The notes beneath the pieces were generated by a model that was not told the origin of the DNA, searched no databases, and saw nothing but the letters and a program-made list of their open reading frames with translations. A DNA stretch of 64,000 bases from Octopus vulgaris (lineage: Eukaryota): contig OX597819.1 in NCBI GenBank assembly GCA_951406725.2, positions 97,340,001 through 97,404,000 of the forward strand, given 5' to 3'. Within the stretch, counting starts at the first letter, position 1. Every line of letters starts with the position of its first letter. This document shows, piece by piece, positions 23,831 through 36,394 of this stretch. A program made the position numbers and the translations under genes.

Positions 23831-26800
23831 ACAGGTAGTAAATTAATATAGGCAATCACCTGTAATACCACTTAATTGCCTCAATACCAGTTTTGTCAAG
23901 CTGTTTGCTCCCATTTAAGAATTCTACGTTCAGGGATCACACAAATGGAAAATAAAGCTATAAAATGTAAGCATATTTAAATATCTTTAACATTTCTACT
24001 ACAATTATAAGATATACTTAGTATTTCTTAATACTAAATGGATGACGGATAACACTATGAGCAAAAGATCTGATACCTACTGTTAGAAGCAAGATAGACT
24101 ACTCAGACATTAAAATGCTTCCAGTGAGTTAAATTCAAAAACAACACGTATATAATACTTCAACTATGTTGCTATCTTAGAAATGGAAATACACAACACA
24201 GTCCATTTTAGCAATTTAATGCTTAAATAAGTAACAAGGAATCTTCCAAATGTAATAACTTAGTATCTTTTTTTACTAGACATTCATAAAATAAAAATCC
24301 CACACATAATTTGCTACAATCTGCTCATCTAGAAATAAATCAGAACAGATTTATGAAACAGCAAACCTTCCACCTAGGATACATACCAAGTGGAATCAGT
24401 TACAAATGAGGTTGTTGTAGAGTTGAAAAGAACCAATTAATTCACAGACATCGTAAATATTGACAGAATAATGAAAGGACTTGTTACAAACAAGTCAGTC
24501 TTTCCAAGATATGATTCTTAATTATAAAAAGAAAAAAGGCAAAGGAAAATTCTCATTGTACAATTAAATATTTAATGCCACAAAGAGTAACCAGCTGTAA
24601 AAATAATTGCACCAATAATTCAGGTGCCAATAGTATCCAAATTTTCAGAATTCTTTTGGCTTTGCTAACTTCAGAAAATAGAAGTAAAAATATTACAAAA
24701 TCAAAAAAGAGAAAAGAATAATCTACAAGCTATTTTAGAAAATGATGTCCCTGTAGAAAAAACAAAACAGAAAGTGAGTAGGTTTAATGTCTAACAAACC
24801 TGTGAAGAGAGTTCTAGTTTATTTCTGTGGAGCTTCAGCACCTAATACCAGGTATTATGTACTCAGATAAGTAAATTTCTTTGTATGAAAAACTGATAGA
24901 AACAAGATTACACTTGCAAATAGGTGTTGAAATAACACTCACACTCTATATATGTATATATACATATCTATTTACATGTGTGCATGTGTGTGTGTATGCA
25001 CACACACATTAGTGCCTGCATGTATAACAATTTATGTATTCTAATATAAACTGAAAAAGAAATAAAATTATAAGTGAAATGATATCTGTGGATGTACAAG
25101 ACTGTTGGTACACTTGCAACACTATTAGTATTCCCGTATAATACATATAGTGTTGGTGTACTGACACAGTCAAATGAGTAGTCCTGCTGATCCTACCATA
25201 GATGCACTGTCTAGTTGACACCCCTGTTACCATTCTCAATAACAGAACTACTAAGTTTCATTTCATAAACATAATCATAGAAATTACATACCATCTCTCA
25301 ATCTGAAGACTAGAACATTTTGACCTTGATTTCTACATAATAGCACCTGGATCTCTTACTTTTTCTCAATATAAGACCTGAGTCACATTTTTCTTTCTTT
25401 CTCTATAGCAACATGTTAACCACCACATTCCTTTTTAGATTTGCAGATTCACAACATGTTCCTCTGACTTATGTTATCTTATTGCAAAGCTACATGCTCT
25501 ACCAGTTCTCTCATTTATCCTAACTGCCCTCATCTTTACCATACATGCTATTTGTATTGATCTTGAACACAAAAACAACAAATTATAAGTTGGCAAGATG
25601 AAAAACATGAAATAAAATCAAAAGCCATATATATAATTCTCAAACAGCAGTTAACCCTGATCTTAGCCAACTTTTTGCCCCACCAACCATCTTTTAAGGA
25701 GAGGAAAAAAGATTTTGTAATTCTTCCTCTGCCATGATGATGGATAAGTTTAAAAAGTTTATAATCATTTAAATTTTATTAAACATGGCAATTTGTCTGA
25801 CCCTCTCCTTTTCAATCATCACAACCCCTCCTTTCCAAATGAGATACAGTGATACAGTAGATTTATAACCAAAGGCATTCAACTGTGACTATTCTGACTT
25901 GCTCCATGCATGATATATTTGGTATTACTTTATCTAAATGAAAATAGGATGTCATTTGAAGATGATGTCAAACTACTACACAAATGTTCCCATGTGGGCT
26001 CAAGGTATATGACAATGTATTGTGAGATGATGTAGAGACTAACATTTTGCTCATAGCCTTTCAGAGAAGTTGACCTCAGCTAAATCTAAATTTAGAAACA
26101 TTGTGTTGAATTCACCACTCTAGGTATAACCACAGTCATGTTAGTATACTTCAGAAATTGCCCCTTCTCTAAAGAACAATGGATAATTTCTAAAATTCCT
26201 TTTTAGATTTGCAGATCCATAACAGTTTCCTCTGACTTATGTTATCTTATTGCAGATTAAAAGTTATAAAATCTTCATTCTGTAAAACAGAACACACACA
26301 CACACACATTCAAATTCTGTTTCTATGAAACACTCCAACTAGTAAAATAAACTGAATTCCTAAAAAGGCCACATGGTCATGCCACCTTTAGAAAATCAAC
26401 AGTTAAAACACATTGAAAACTGCTAAAGCACTTGTCTTACCACTTAGTACTTGGCTATCAAGTGGGCAGCTGTGGAGGATTGCTTTCAATAACAAAGACT
26501 GGAAACACACCCATATAAAATCCATATGAATCAAGGATAAATATTGCTGAATTCTACTCACATCACATAAACAACATATAAGTGGGTTGGTGAGCTTTAA
26601 ATTAAAACAGTGTTCTACTCTAAAGAAATCTAACCAATTCTCAAGTCTGAAACTCCATAAATGAATAAGTTTCTTTATTAAGGAATTCAACTAATACTCC
26701 AGGGCCAGACGTTCATCCTTATCATTGCCAGTGAGTTATACTTGTAATACTGGTTGCCTGGGTCAGCCTAGCTAACAACAGGTTCCATTTGTTTTTGCAA

Positions 26801-27929
26801 CAGAATGTTTACCAATGGAAATGGTATCTGCTGTCAATTATTCTAAAAATAAATGCAGTTTCTCAAAATTCACAAATGCCATTATACTGTGCCAGAATAA
26901 GAATTACTGAAATAGTCAATTAAAAAAAACTGATTTTTTTTTTTTTCATTTATTTATGTCCAATGTTCTGTTTGTAAGGATTATAAGAAATCAATAGACT
27001 CATTAAATAACATACAAAAAAGAAAATTCATGAATTCACCCTTTAGCACTTAAACCAGTCATATATGGCCCAAATAGTCTACCTGTTTTATACTCAAACC
27101 TAGATTAGGCCTTTCACACTTACTCTACAATGTCACTCTAAAAATATATAATCACATCATCAAAGTTTTGAAGCTACCAGGTAATATATTAATAATTCAA
27201 AACAATGACACTACTTAACCTTTGGAAGAGATGGTTGTAAATTGCCATTTATTACTTTCACTCCAGAATTGACAGGTTTTCTTTTTGATTTTACATGCTT
27301 TTTAGATATATACATGTAAACTTTTGGCTATACAACTGCTTCTTTTAAATGCCAGCACTAATAGAAAAGATTATAAAAATTAGCAGACAAATTCACAGAT
27401 AAACGATATTATATTTATTATTATAAAATTAACAGTCAAATAGTGTAGTTGATTTCATTGTCTGTTTCCTCTCCCAAAATCTGTGGACAAATCCAGATGC
27501 TTGAAATTATTATTATTATTAAAGCCCTCATCAATTTTTTCAAGTTTCACATGAAAAGGAAGTTGAGGGTAGAGAGGGAAGTGTTGCCTTGTAGCAAGTT
27601 TGTTGAAAGGTGGGTGAATGCTGGAAGAATGGCCAGTGTGAAAGGACCAATTCTGAGTATGCACCTATAAACAAAAGAAGGGCTCTTGCCCTGTTGTTCA
27701 GGCACCCATGGCTTTTGTGGATTTTTTCACAAGGTCCTTAAAGCACCTCTCCTATTGGGAGTTTTAAATTGTTTAATTTTTAATCGTTATATATATTGTT
27801 TACACGTTGTAAAACCCATTGTATCGTTCTGTTTTTGTCTTTTATGTTTTTATATGTGTTTTAATGAAATTTTATGTAAGCCCTTGTCGCCAATAAATGA
27901 ATTATTATTATTATCATTATTATTATTAA

Positions 27930-28350
27930 GGTGGCAAGCTGGTAGAATCGTTAGCATGCCAGGTAAAATTCATAGCAGTATTTTGTCGGTCATTACATTC
28001 TAAGTTCAAATTCCATCAAGGTTAACTTTGCCGTTCATCCTTTCAGGGTCGATAAATTAAGTACCAGTGAAACACTGGGGTCCACGTAATTGACTAGTCC
28101 CCTCCTATCAAATCTGAGGCCTTGTGCCTCCAGTAGAAAGGATTAGGTGAGCTGGCAGAATTGTTAGCACAATAGGAAAAATGCTTAGCGGTATTTCGCC
28201 TGTCTTTACAGTCTGACTTCAAATTCTGCCAAGATCAACTTTAACTTTCATCCTTTCAGAGTCATTAAAATTAGTACCAGTTGAGCACTAGGGTTGATGT
28301 TATTGACTTACCCTTTCCCCTAAAAGTGCTGGCCATGTGCCAAACTTTGA
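27930..28350 (+). mobile_element. Two tandem copies of SINE family C (ggcgagctggcagaa…ctttcatcctttcggggtcgataaattaagtaccag)
   Basis: Homologous to 42638-43055; further copies at ~29035-29220 (-), 30432-30625 (-), 52190-52560 (-) and 55280-55430 (+). Confidence 0.8.
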
Positions 28351-29413
28351 AACCACTTTTTTTACTACTACTACTTCTACTACTACTTCTACTACTACTA
28401 CTACTACAAGCAGGTAGTGAATCGGAAGAGCATCAGGAAAATAAAGTATTTCTTCTAATCTTCTGTGTGTGATAAAATACCAGTCGAGTAACAGAATCAC
28501 TTTAATCAACTAACCGCCATCTAACAAATTTCAGGCCTTTAATCTTTTATTCTATTAATGGTTTCAGTTGTAGGACTATGGCCATGCTGGAGCACCGCCT
28601 TATGCTTACATTAGAGATGATTATAGTTCAATAGGAGTATGTCATAACTGGTGAAGCCCTACATAAAATTTTATGTGTTATTTAGTTACATCATTTTGTT
28701 ACAAGTTCAGATCCTGTTAGATTCAAACTTTCATCCCTCATGTAGGACAATGCTGACAAAATAATTACAAGTCCTAGGGTCAACTCCATTGACTAAATAC
28801 TTTTTAATGATTTATGATCTGGTGGCATATTTATTAAAGTGAGCTGGATAGTGGTTGCTAGAGCTGCTAACAATAACTGTTAAATCTCCCTCAGAGCAAA
28901 CCCTACCATCATAAAAAGAGGAAGGTACATTGAAAGATGTATTCTTACATATACAATGAATGAACAACTGTGGGATCATCATGACAACTTTGGTAATAGG
29001 TTGCTAGATAATAAAGAACATACATTAGAAATTAATATTGGTTTCAAATTTTGGCACAAGGTCAGCTTGTGTTCAGCTACTACTTACTTTATCAATCCCA
29101 AAAGGATGTAAAGCAAAGTTGCTCCCCCACTGGAATTTGAACTCAAAACATAAAGATAGACGAAATGCCACTAAGCATTTCACACAGTGTGCTAACACTG
29201 CTGCCAGCTCGCCACCTTGCATTACAAATTAATATTGAGGCAGAAGAGACTAAGTAGCTAAGATAGGAGGGTAAATCAATAAATATACTACAATTCCTGT
29301 AAGCTCTGAACAAAATGTCCACTAGTAACTTTATCTTTTCCCCATCTTACCAATTTTTTAGAATGTTGTCCATAATTTGACAAATCAGTTAATTATATTC
29401 ATCCCGACTTACT

Positions 29414-30336
29414 CGACAGAGCGTTAGTACCTTGAGAGAAATGTTGTACCTAAGAAGCATCAGTTGTTGTGTGCAAGAGAGACGATTGAGCTGGTATGGT
29501 CATGTGGCGAGAATGGATGAAGATAGGTGTGTGAGAAAGTGCCAATCCCTAGCAGTTGAGGGAACCCGTGGAAGAGGTAGACCCAGGAAAACCTGGGACG
29601 AAGTGGTGAAGCACGACCTTCGGACGTTAGGTCTCACCATGGAAATGACTAGAGACCGAGACCTATGGAAGTATGCTGTGCGTGAGAAGACCCGGCAAGA
29701 CTAGTGAAGCCATAATCCGTGGCCCCTACCTGGGACGTAGTCAGTCCACCTGTGCATACCTTCCTTCTTGTGACACTTGTGAAGACCTGTTGAGGCAAGT
29801 GAGAATCGAATCGAATCAAATCAAATCAAATCGAACCAAATCAAAATAGATGAACATCAATGGAATTTGTATCCTTGTGGTACCAGTGCCGGTGGCACAT
29901 AAGAAAACCATCCGAACGTGATCGTAGCCAGTACCGCAACGACTGGCCTCCGTGCTGAGGGCACGTAACAAACACCATCCGAGCGTGGCCGTCCGCCAGC
30001 CCCGTCTGGCACCTGTGTCGGTGACACATAAGAAAACACCATCCGAGCGTGGCCGTCAGCCAGCCTCGTCTGGCACCTGTGTCGGTGGCACATAAAAAAC
30101 ACCATCCGAGCGTGGACGTCTGCCAGCCTCGTCTGGCACCTGTGTCGGTGGCACATAAAATCACCCACTACACTCTCGGAGTGGTTGGCGTTAGGAAGGG
30201 CATCCAGCTGTAGAAACACTGCCAGATCTGACTGGCCTGGTGCAGCCTTCGGGCTTGCCAGACCCCAGTTGAACCGTCCAACACATGCTAGCATGGATAG
30301 CGGACGTTAAACGATGATGATGATGATGATGATGAT
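29414..30336 (+). mobile_element. Young 5'-truncated RTE-type LINE: ORF2 C-terminus, structured 3' UTR and (GAT)n tail
   Basis: Open frame …RRLSWYGHVARMDEDRCVRKCQSLAVEGTRGRGRPRKTWDEVVKHDL…DRDLWKYAVREKTRQD* (to 29704); CpGs intact; tandem 63-66-bp units at 29886-30160. Confidence 0.92.
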
Positions 30337-33300
30337 CCCCTACACATGTTGTAGGTCTTGTGTCCAGGCAAAACTATACACTGCTTAGCAAAAGTAAAAT
30401 TTGCCAAACTAAATTACAAATTATCAACAAATATTGGTTTCAAATTTTGGCACAAGGCCAGCAATTTCAGAGGAGAGGGTAAATTGGTTATATTGACCCC
30501 AGTACTCAACTGCTATTTATTTTATCAACCGCAAAAGGATGAAAGGCAAAGTCAACCACAGTAGAATTTAAACTCAGAACATTAAGATGAATGAAAGGCC
30601 ACTAAGAATTTGCCCAACACCTACTGATTTTGTCCCCAATAAATAAATAAAACCCTAATGCAATGTTTGAGAAAGGATAAATTTATGCAAATTCATATTA
30701 ACTCCTAAAGAATTTATAATATTGACATAAATTTTATGGATTAGGAGCTTCTAAATAAATTATTTTAGCTGTATTAGTTTCATGACGAAATATCATAAGG
30801 AATCACTCATCATCAACTGATTATAGCTTGCACTTGTATCAAGCACAGTAGCTTACAATACATCCCATTGCATCATTGGTGACCCAAGTTCATCAGCAGT
30901 TACAGCCCCACAGTTCTTGATCATGGTTTTGGAAAGACACCCATTAATTCATCCACCTTGGTTCTTAGATGATGTACTGGCTGGTGAGCAACTTTGAGTA
31001 TCTCAGACAAACTATACTAAACAAACTGTAGCAGTCTCCCTGCTATCTTGTTGGTCAACTACTGAGGTCACCATACAGTTGCTTGTTGGTCACTTTCTAC
31101 ATCCATCTGAATATAAAGGAACATCCAGAGAATCCAAGTGCAGCAACCAACAACACAAATCCCAAAGAAAAATAATTCAAATCACATAGGTACTTTGGAA
31201 TTGGCCTGAAATTTTTCACTAAATACTTCAAAAACAGGAAATCGTTTGTTCCACATTAACCTTGATCCACTAGATTTATGATTCAAGTCTTATCTAAACA
31301 CAGCTTATCAAAAACTACAGTATCTATTTTACACTTCTTTTTTTTTTTTAAATGATAGGATAAGATTTGAGGGAGATATGGCTATGATCTCTGGCAAGTT
31401 GAACAACCATGTAGAAGCTCCCTTGACTCAAAATAATTACAATTTTTAATCAATTTTATTAAGTGATATTATATTAAACTTGTAGTTTCACTTTCCTTAA
31501 AAACCAGAAAGCACTAGATCTTAAAACATAGTTGACAGCACTTAGAAGCAGACACAGACATGGAAGTAAGATGACTAGTTCTGATTAGCTCATCACAAAT
31601 TCTTTTAGTTAGAGAATAATTTTAGAGTATTCCTCTTGATTCACCTTTCCACCTTCAGTACTCATTACCCATTTCCTTCAACATCTACTGATGTTTGCCC
31701 AATGTAACATTAATGGTAATCTTTAGTTTTCCCAAATCTTTTTGGTTCAGTTTATAGGGCTTTTTTATGTTCTCTTCATTGTTGTGATCAAATACGTGTA
31801 GTCTTTATATTAACTTTCAATGATACATATGATTCCCATGACAAGACCAGTGCAACTGCTGTCACCAAATGTGATCATTCTTCAGCGGGTTAATCCTGGA
31901 TATTCTGAAGATTCAACATATCTTGACAGCAATGTGGATTAACCATCTTTAAAAAAAACTTCCAACATATCCAAACACTCAAAAGTAATGACCATAATAC
32001 CATACAATACAGGCATCAGACAGATTGGTAAATGAAGATTTTGGGGTGTAATGAGATGTTCTGTAGTTACCAAACACACTGAGGATGTTAGATCAATACT
32101 GTTATAAACATAATGAAGCAGGAATTTTATGCACATCTTTACAACATAGTAGGTAAAGACAGAAAAACTTAATAGGTTACATTAAATAATGGTGCTGTTA
32201 ATAGGAGTCAAGACTGATTGGTAGAGCAAAGAGAAATGACTGGAGCAATTGAACAGAGGATAAACCTATAACTGTTTTATTCCAACAAAGCAATACAACA
32301 TAATTAGTTGGTATAGACACAGCCTGGGATGGGTTGTGTGGTTGATGGAAATGGCATCAACCCAGCCTTACAGAAACAAAAATGTGGTTTTTCAAAAAGC
32401 CGTCAAAAATGAAGACGTATAAAAAAATTATAAATATTCATAAATATGTAACTAGCATGTGATATGAAAATATGGAATTATTTAATGAAATGGGACTGAA
32501 ATAGAACTTCCTTTCAGTCCATGAATCTTGTTAAAATAACTTTAAATTAGCACATATCATGAGTGCTATAAGACATTAATAGTTTATCTTGAAATATATG
32601 GGAATCTGTAATCTTTAAAATATTTTAAGAAAATATGTTCATAAGAAATATGACCCTCGTGGAAATTACAACAGAAATTCTGTAAGTTGATTCTGGTTTC
32701 TATTTCCATCTTCATTCTTTTAGAAACCGTCTTTTTAATTAATACAACGTTTCTCTCTCTCTCTCTCTTACTCACACACACAGCCAGCCACCCTTAATTC
32801 TTTTAACCAGCATCTAACACACAAGTACAGTCAGATAGGTGGTGAATTTATCAAAGCAGACTTCCTACTGAAACTAAACCGTAAAAACCAGATATAGAGA
32901 TGTATAAATATAACGAAAAGGGTGAGATTTAAAGAAAAAATATTCCACCCCGGTAATGTAGGCAGTTTGGGCGAAGTTTCAGGTGGAACTGAAGTAACAT
33001 GATCTGCAAAGTTAGGTGTTCTACTTTAGAGACTTTAACATAGGCACGGCGCCAATTTTACAGGGGACGTAGAAGAGCCGAGTGAATCAACCTGAATATA
33101 TAACTGGTACTACAATATGAGTAGCCTTTGGTCCACTGAATGTAACCACAGATAATGCGGAGGTTGGACTAAAGTAAAGGGCGGGGAATAACAGCATAAT
33201 AATACCATTCTCGCTTCAAGAGATGCGTTTAATTTCAGATTATAGAGATGAACAAATAATTTCCTCAAATCCTCCAACATCCTATTTTCTAGGCCATTTT

Positions 33301-33998
33301 CAGGGTAAAATTTTGAAACAACTTCCTATTATAGACAGAAGAGAAAGTGGAAGCTTGTACCAAGAAGGGAGGGGGGAACTTCGCTGTTAAAAAGTAAACA
33401 AAGTAGTTACATCAAGTTTATTCTTCCTTCCTTGTATTTTCTCTCTCTCTGTTTATCTTACAAACTCTGTATCTATATTTATCTTTCAAACACAAACTAT
33501 TCTTTAACAATTCTTCTCTTCTTTCTTATGTCTTTCTTTCTCAGAAAGACCAGAATATTAAGGACCATTAATCAAACAGATATAATTAATAATTTAATAA
33601 GTATGACAAGACGGTAGAAAGCAACAACAGTGATGATAACGTGCTTGGAACAAACTACCTTATATCTTCGTTCTATATGAGTGAAAAAAAATGAAGAGGA
33701 GAGGGAGATAGTAGAGAGATGTGTGAGAATCACATATCTCTCAACACAACCACACCATTCTTTCCCTCTGACAATACCATTCTATTACAGCAGAACTGGC
33801 AAAACGAACCTTTCTCTATTGAGTGATATTAATTCAACTGCGACAGTTAGAAATGGACAAACATTCTCAGATTTCTTCTGCCAATGCACATGTGTCAAAT
33901 TATAAAATCAAAGAGAAGGGTTTCGATTCATTCTCCCAGCACCACACACTATCACACACGCGAATGTATATCGCCTGCAAAATACAATAATGACTTAC

Positions 33999-34163
33999 CT
34001 TCTCTAACTTTTCAAAATAATCCCTTAGAAACGGTACTGGATTATCAGGCCGACTGATACACAACTGTACAATGCAATCCTTGAGAATTTGCTGTATGTT
34101 GTGTCGTTGTACATAGACTTCACACTCACGGAGACTCTGTTCATCGTCTGCACTGGCCGCCAT
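33999..34163 (-). CDS. PRKAR1: First coding exon (55 aa) of cAMP-dependent protein kinase type I regulatory subunit, dimerization/docking (D/D) domain; gene continues beyond a long intron toward lower coordinates
   Basis: [55 protein letters not shown] matches the RI signature SLRECExYVQxHNIQxxLKDxIVQLC..RP..P..FLRxYFExLEK, including both Cys. Good Kozak (AAGATGG). Phase-0 donor AAG|GTAAGT at 33998, the same intron position as after LEK in vertebrate PRKAR1A. Confidence 0.95.
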
Positions 34164-34167
34164 CTTG
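34156..34167 (-). promoter_or_regulatory. YY1/Pho consensus (CAAGATGGCGGC) overlapping the start codon
   Basis: Plus strand reads GCCGCCATCTTG; the ATG is inside the motif. Confidence 0.4.
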
Positions 34168-34919
34168 GCACACCATATGTGATTTCACCAAACTGCCCAT
34201 ATAACCTTGCCTCTGGTTGGCTTGCTTTAAAAACGGTTCGTCACAACCAACCAACCAGCAATTCGCTGTTAGCAAGTTATAGGCAGAATTCGTTCAGGCG
34301 TTACTTTCGCTGAGACATGCTGTGTTTACATCGCTCTCTTACTCACTCTCTCTCTCTCACACACGCACACACATATACATACATACACACACACAGAAGG
34401 TGCGAGCGTTCAAATTCCACTAGTTGCAACTGCATATCAAGTTGTTAACTTGCAAGCGACAAAACTTCATATTTTCTCCTGCTACTTATAATCGAAGCGA
34501 TTATATGCCTATGTATTTATTGTATAACTTCTTCATATAAATTTTAAAGTCATTGACATTGCCTTCCATTCCTCCGTGAGAGTGAAATAAAAAAGGATTG
34601 AGATTTGGAATAGCTGTTCTTCGAAATCCCTTACCTCGAGGAGTAAAAAAGAGGTTTTTGAGGTTTTTTTACCTCTCATTTTTTTTTTAGTGACCCTATG
34701 TTTCATAAAACCGAAATTACAATTTTGAAAAAGAAAACTGAAAATTTCCAAAAATTTCAAATTTTTATATTTCTAGCTCCCGATTCCATACCCTTTTCCT
34801 TTCCCATGAGGCATGGGTCTTCGAGGAACAACTATTATAAAAAAAAAAATTTTTTTTTTAAATACTGAAGTATCAATATTACTTTGAAATCAATTCCACT
34901 GAGCCCGAATGAAAAAATA

Positions 34920-34931
34920 ACTGACGTCAGT
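34920..34931. promoter_or_regulatory. Full cAMP response element TGACGTCA within the 12-bp palindrome ACTGACGTCAGT
   Basis: Exact CRE at 34922-34929, about 760 bp upstream of the PKA-RI ATG. Confidence 0.5.
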
Positions 34932-36394
34932 CCTCATCAAATGAAGAATATACAGTATAACTACCACCACTGCCAAGTAATAGTCTAGGCACATCTTTGC
35001 TACTGTGAAAGGATTTTCATGGGGCGCTTGACCTGTTATGAATAGTAACCAAGTATCCTTTAGACCACACCCTACCATCTATAAAAAAAAATCAGAACAC
35101 TGAATAATGTTATCAAGGGTAGTAAAAGATAACTAGAATGCCTCGATTAGGGCCAACCGGAAAGTAAACAATTGTTCTAATCTTTCTAAACTCGAACCAG
35201 TTTTCCCGTCAAAGATTTTTTTCGCTCTCAGTTTTGAGTGATTCTTGCTAAATATTGCAATAAACTTTCCAGTATTATTGCCAATCGGTGATGCTTATTT
35301 CCTTTATAATTAGTATACGTCTGTGTGCGTGTGTGACCACTAAATTGAGATCGCTTTTGTTATCCTAATTTTTTTATTAAATTCCATAACGAAAATAAAA
35401 CTTCTTTCAAATTCGCTGCACGTATTACCAATGAGAATTCCAGTTTAAGATTTCTACAAAAACAAAAATGCTAAAGATATATAAGAAAAAAATAATGCGA
35501 ATTGCCTCATTTAAAAAGAACGCATAGAAATTAAATTTTTGCCAATATATGAATATATAACTAACAAGTATTCTGAATCCTGGAATCCTTAAGTATTTCC
35601 TACAGTGCTACGTTATTTCTGAGCTCGATATGTGCCCATTGTTTCATTCTTCTTTAGCATTACTTTGCAGCCCTTATCGTAGTGTTTCAGGCTATATTTT
35701 ACAGAACAACTCCCATGTACTGGTAGTTAGCATCATGCTAATTTTGAGTTGATAACTTAGCTACTACTGAATAACGTTTCTGCCGCTCAGTATTTGAGGT
35801 GAGTAATATTAAGAAGAGATGAAAATACTGCAAGATCTCTGAAAAGATTTCCTCCAGCAGCATGTTTGTAATAAAGGATTTCTGCTCATAATTTTTCGGT
35901 ATTAGCTGTGTTTTCTTATTTATTTAGTTAGTAGGAAAGCCAGGACCCATGACATCTTTACAGGACCTCTAATATTGGCAGGAGTAAGGAAGTTATTCCC
36001 ATACTGAGACCTGGCCCAGACTGAAGTTTGCAAAAGGCACCCAAGGTGCCATAAAAACTGTTATAATTCAGCTGTTGCTATAACATTATTATTAAAATTC
36101 ATTGATTTCAAAAGCAGAATAATGGGCTTCTTTGCATGTTATAAAAAATTTTCTAATGTAAAACATTTTCTGTTCATTAACAGCTGGTCCACACTATCCA
36201 ATCTTGTCTTTGTCTGTTCACCAGTACCAAAAGGTTGTCATGTTTCCAGCAAAACAAAGAGGACCTGAGTGGGCACTTGGTATTTTTAAGTTCACAGGCC
36301 TGTACCAGTGTAGTTTTCTGTAGGACACTAAGTGCAGTTCCCCTTATATCCAGTTTTTTTTCCTTGATTCATTAGTGCTTTAACATCCATGTGT

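Larger units (their letters stand above)
33900..35800. promoter_or_regulatory. Putative promoter/5' region of the PKA-RI gene (CpG-retaining, nearly repeat-free)
   Basis: Visibly more intact CpGs than the flanks. Contains a CRE (34922), a YY1 motif (34156), CCAAT (35281, 35428) and an ETS-like ACCGGAAAGT (~35156). TSS unknown. Confidence 0.55.

Noticed and set aside
29886-30160. CRISPR-like appearance of spaced palindromic repeats
   Set aside because: No unique spacers, no cas genes, eukaryotic context; whole units are tandem repeats in a LINE 3' UTR.
33900-33998. C-terminal 32 aa of ORF 33900..34163
   Set aside because: Read-through into the intron after the GTAAGT donor; homology stops at LEK.
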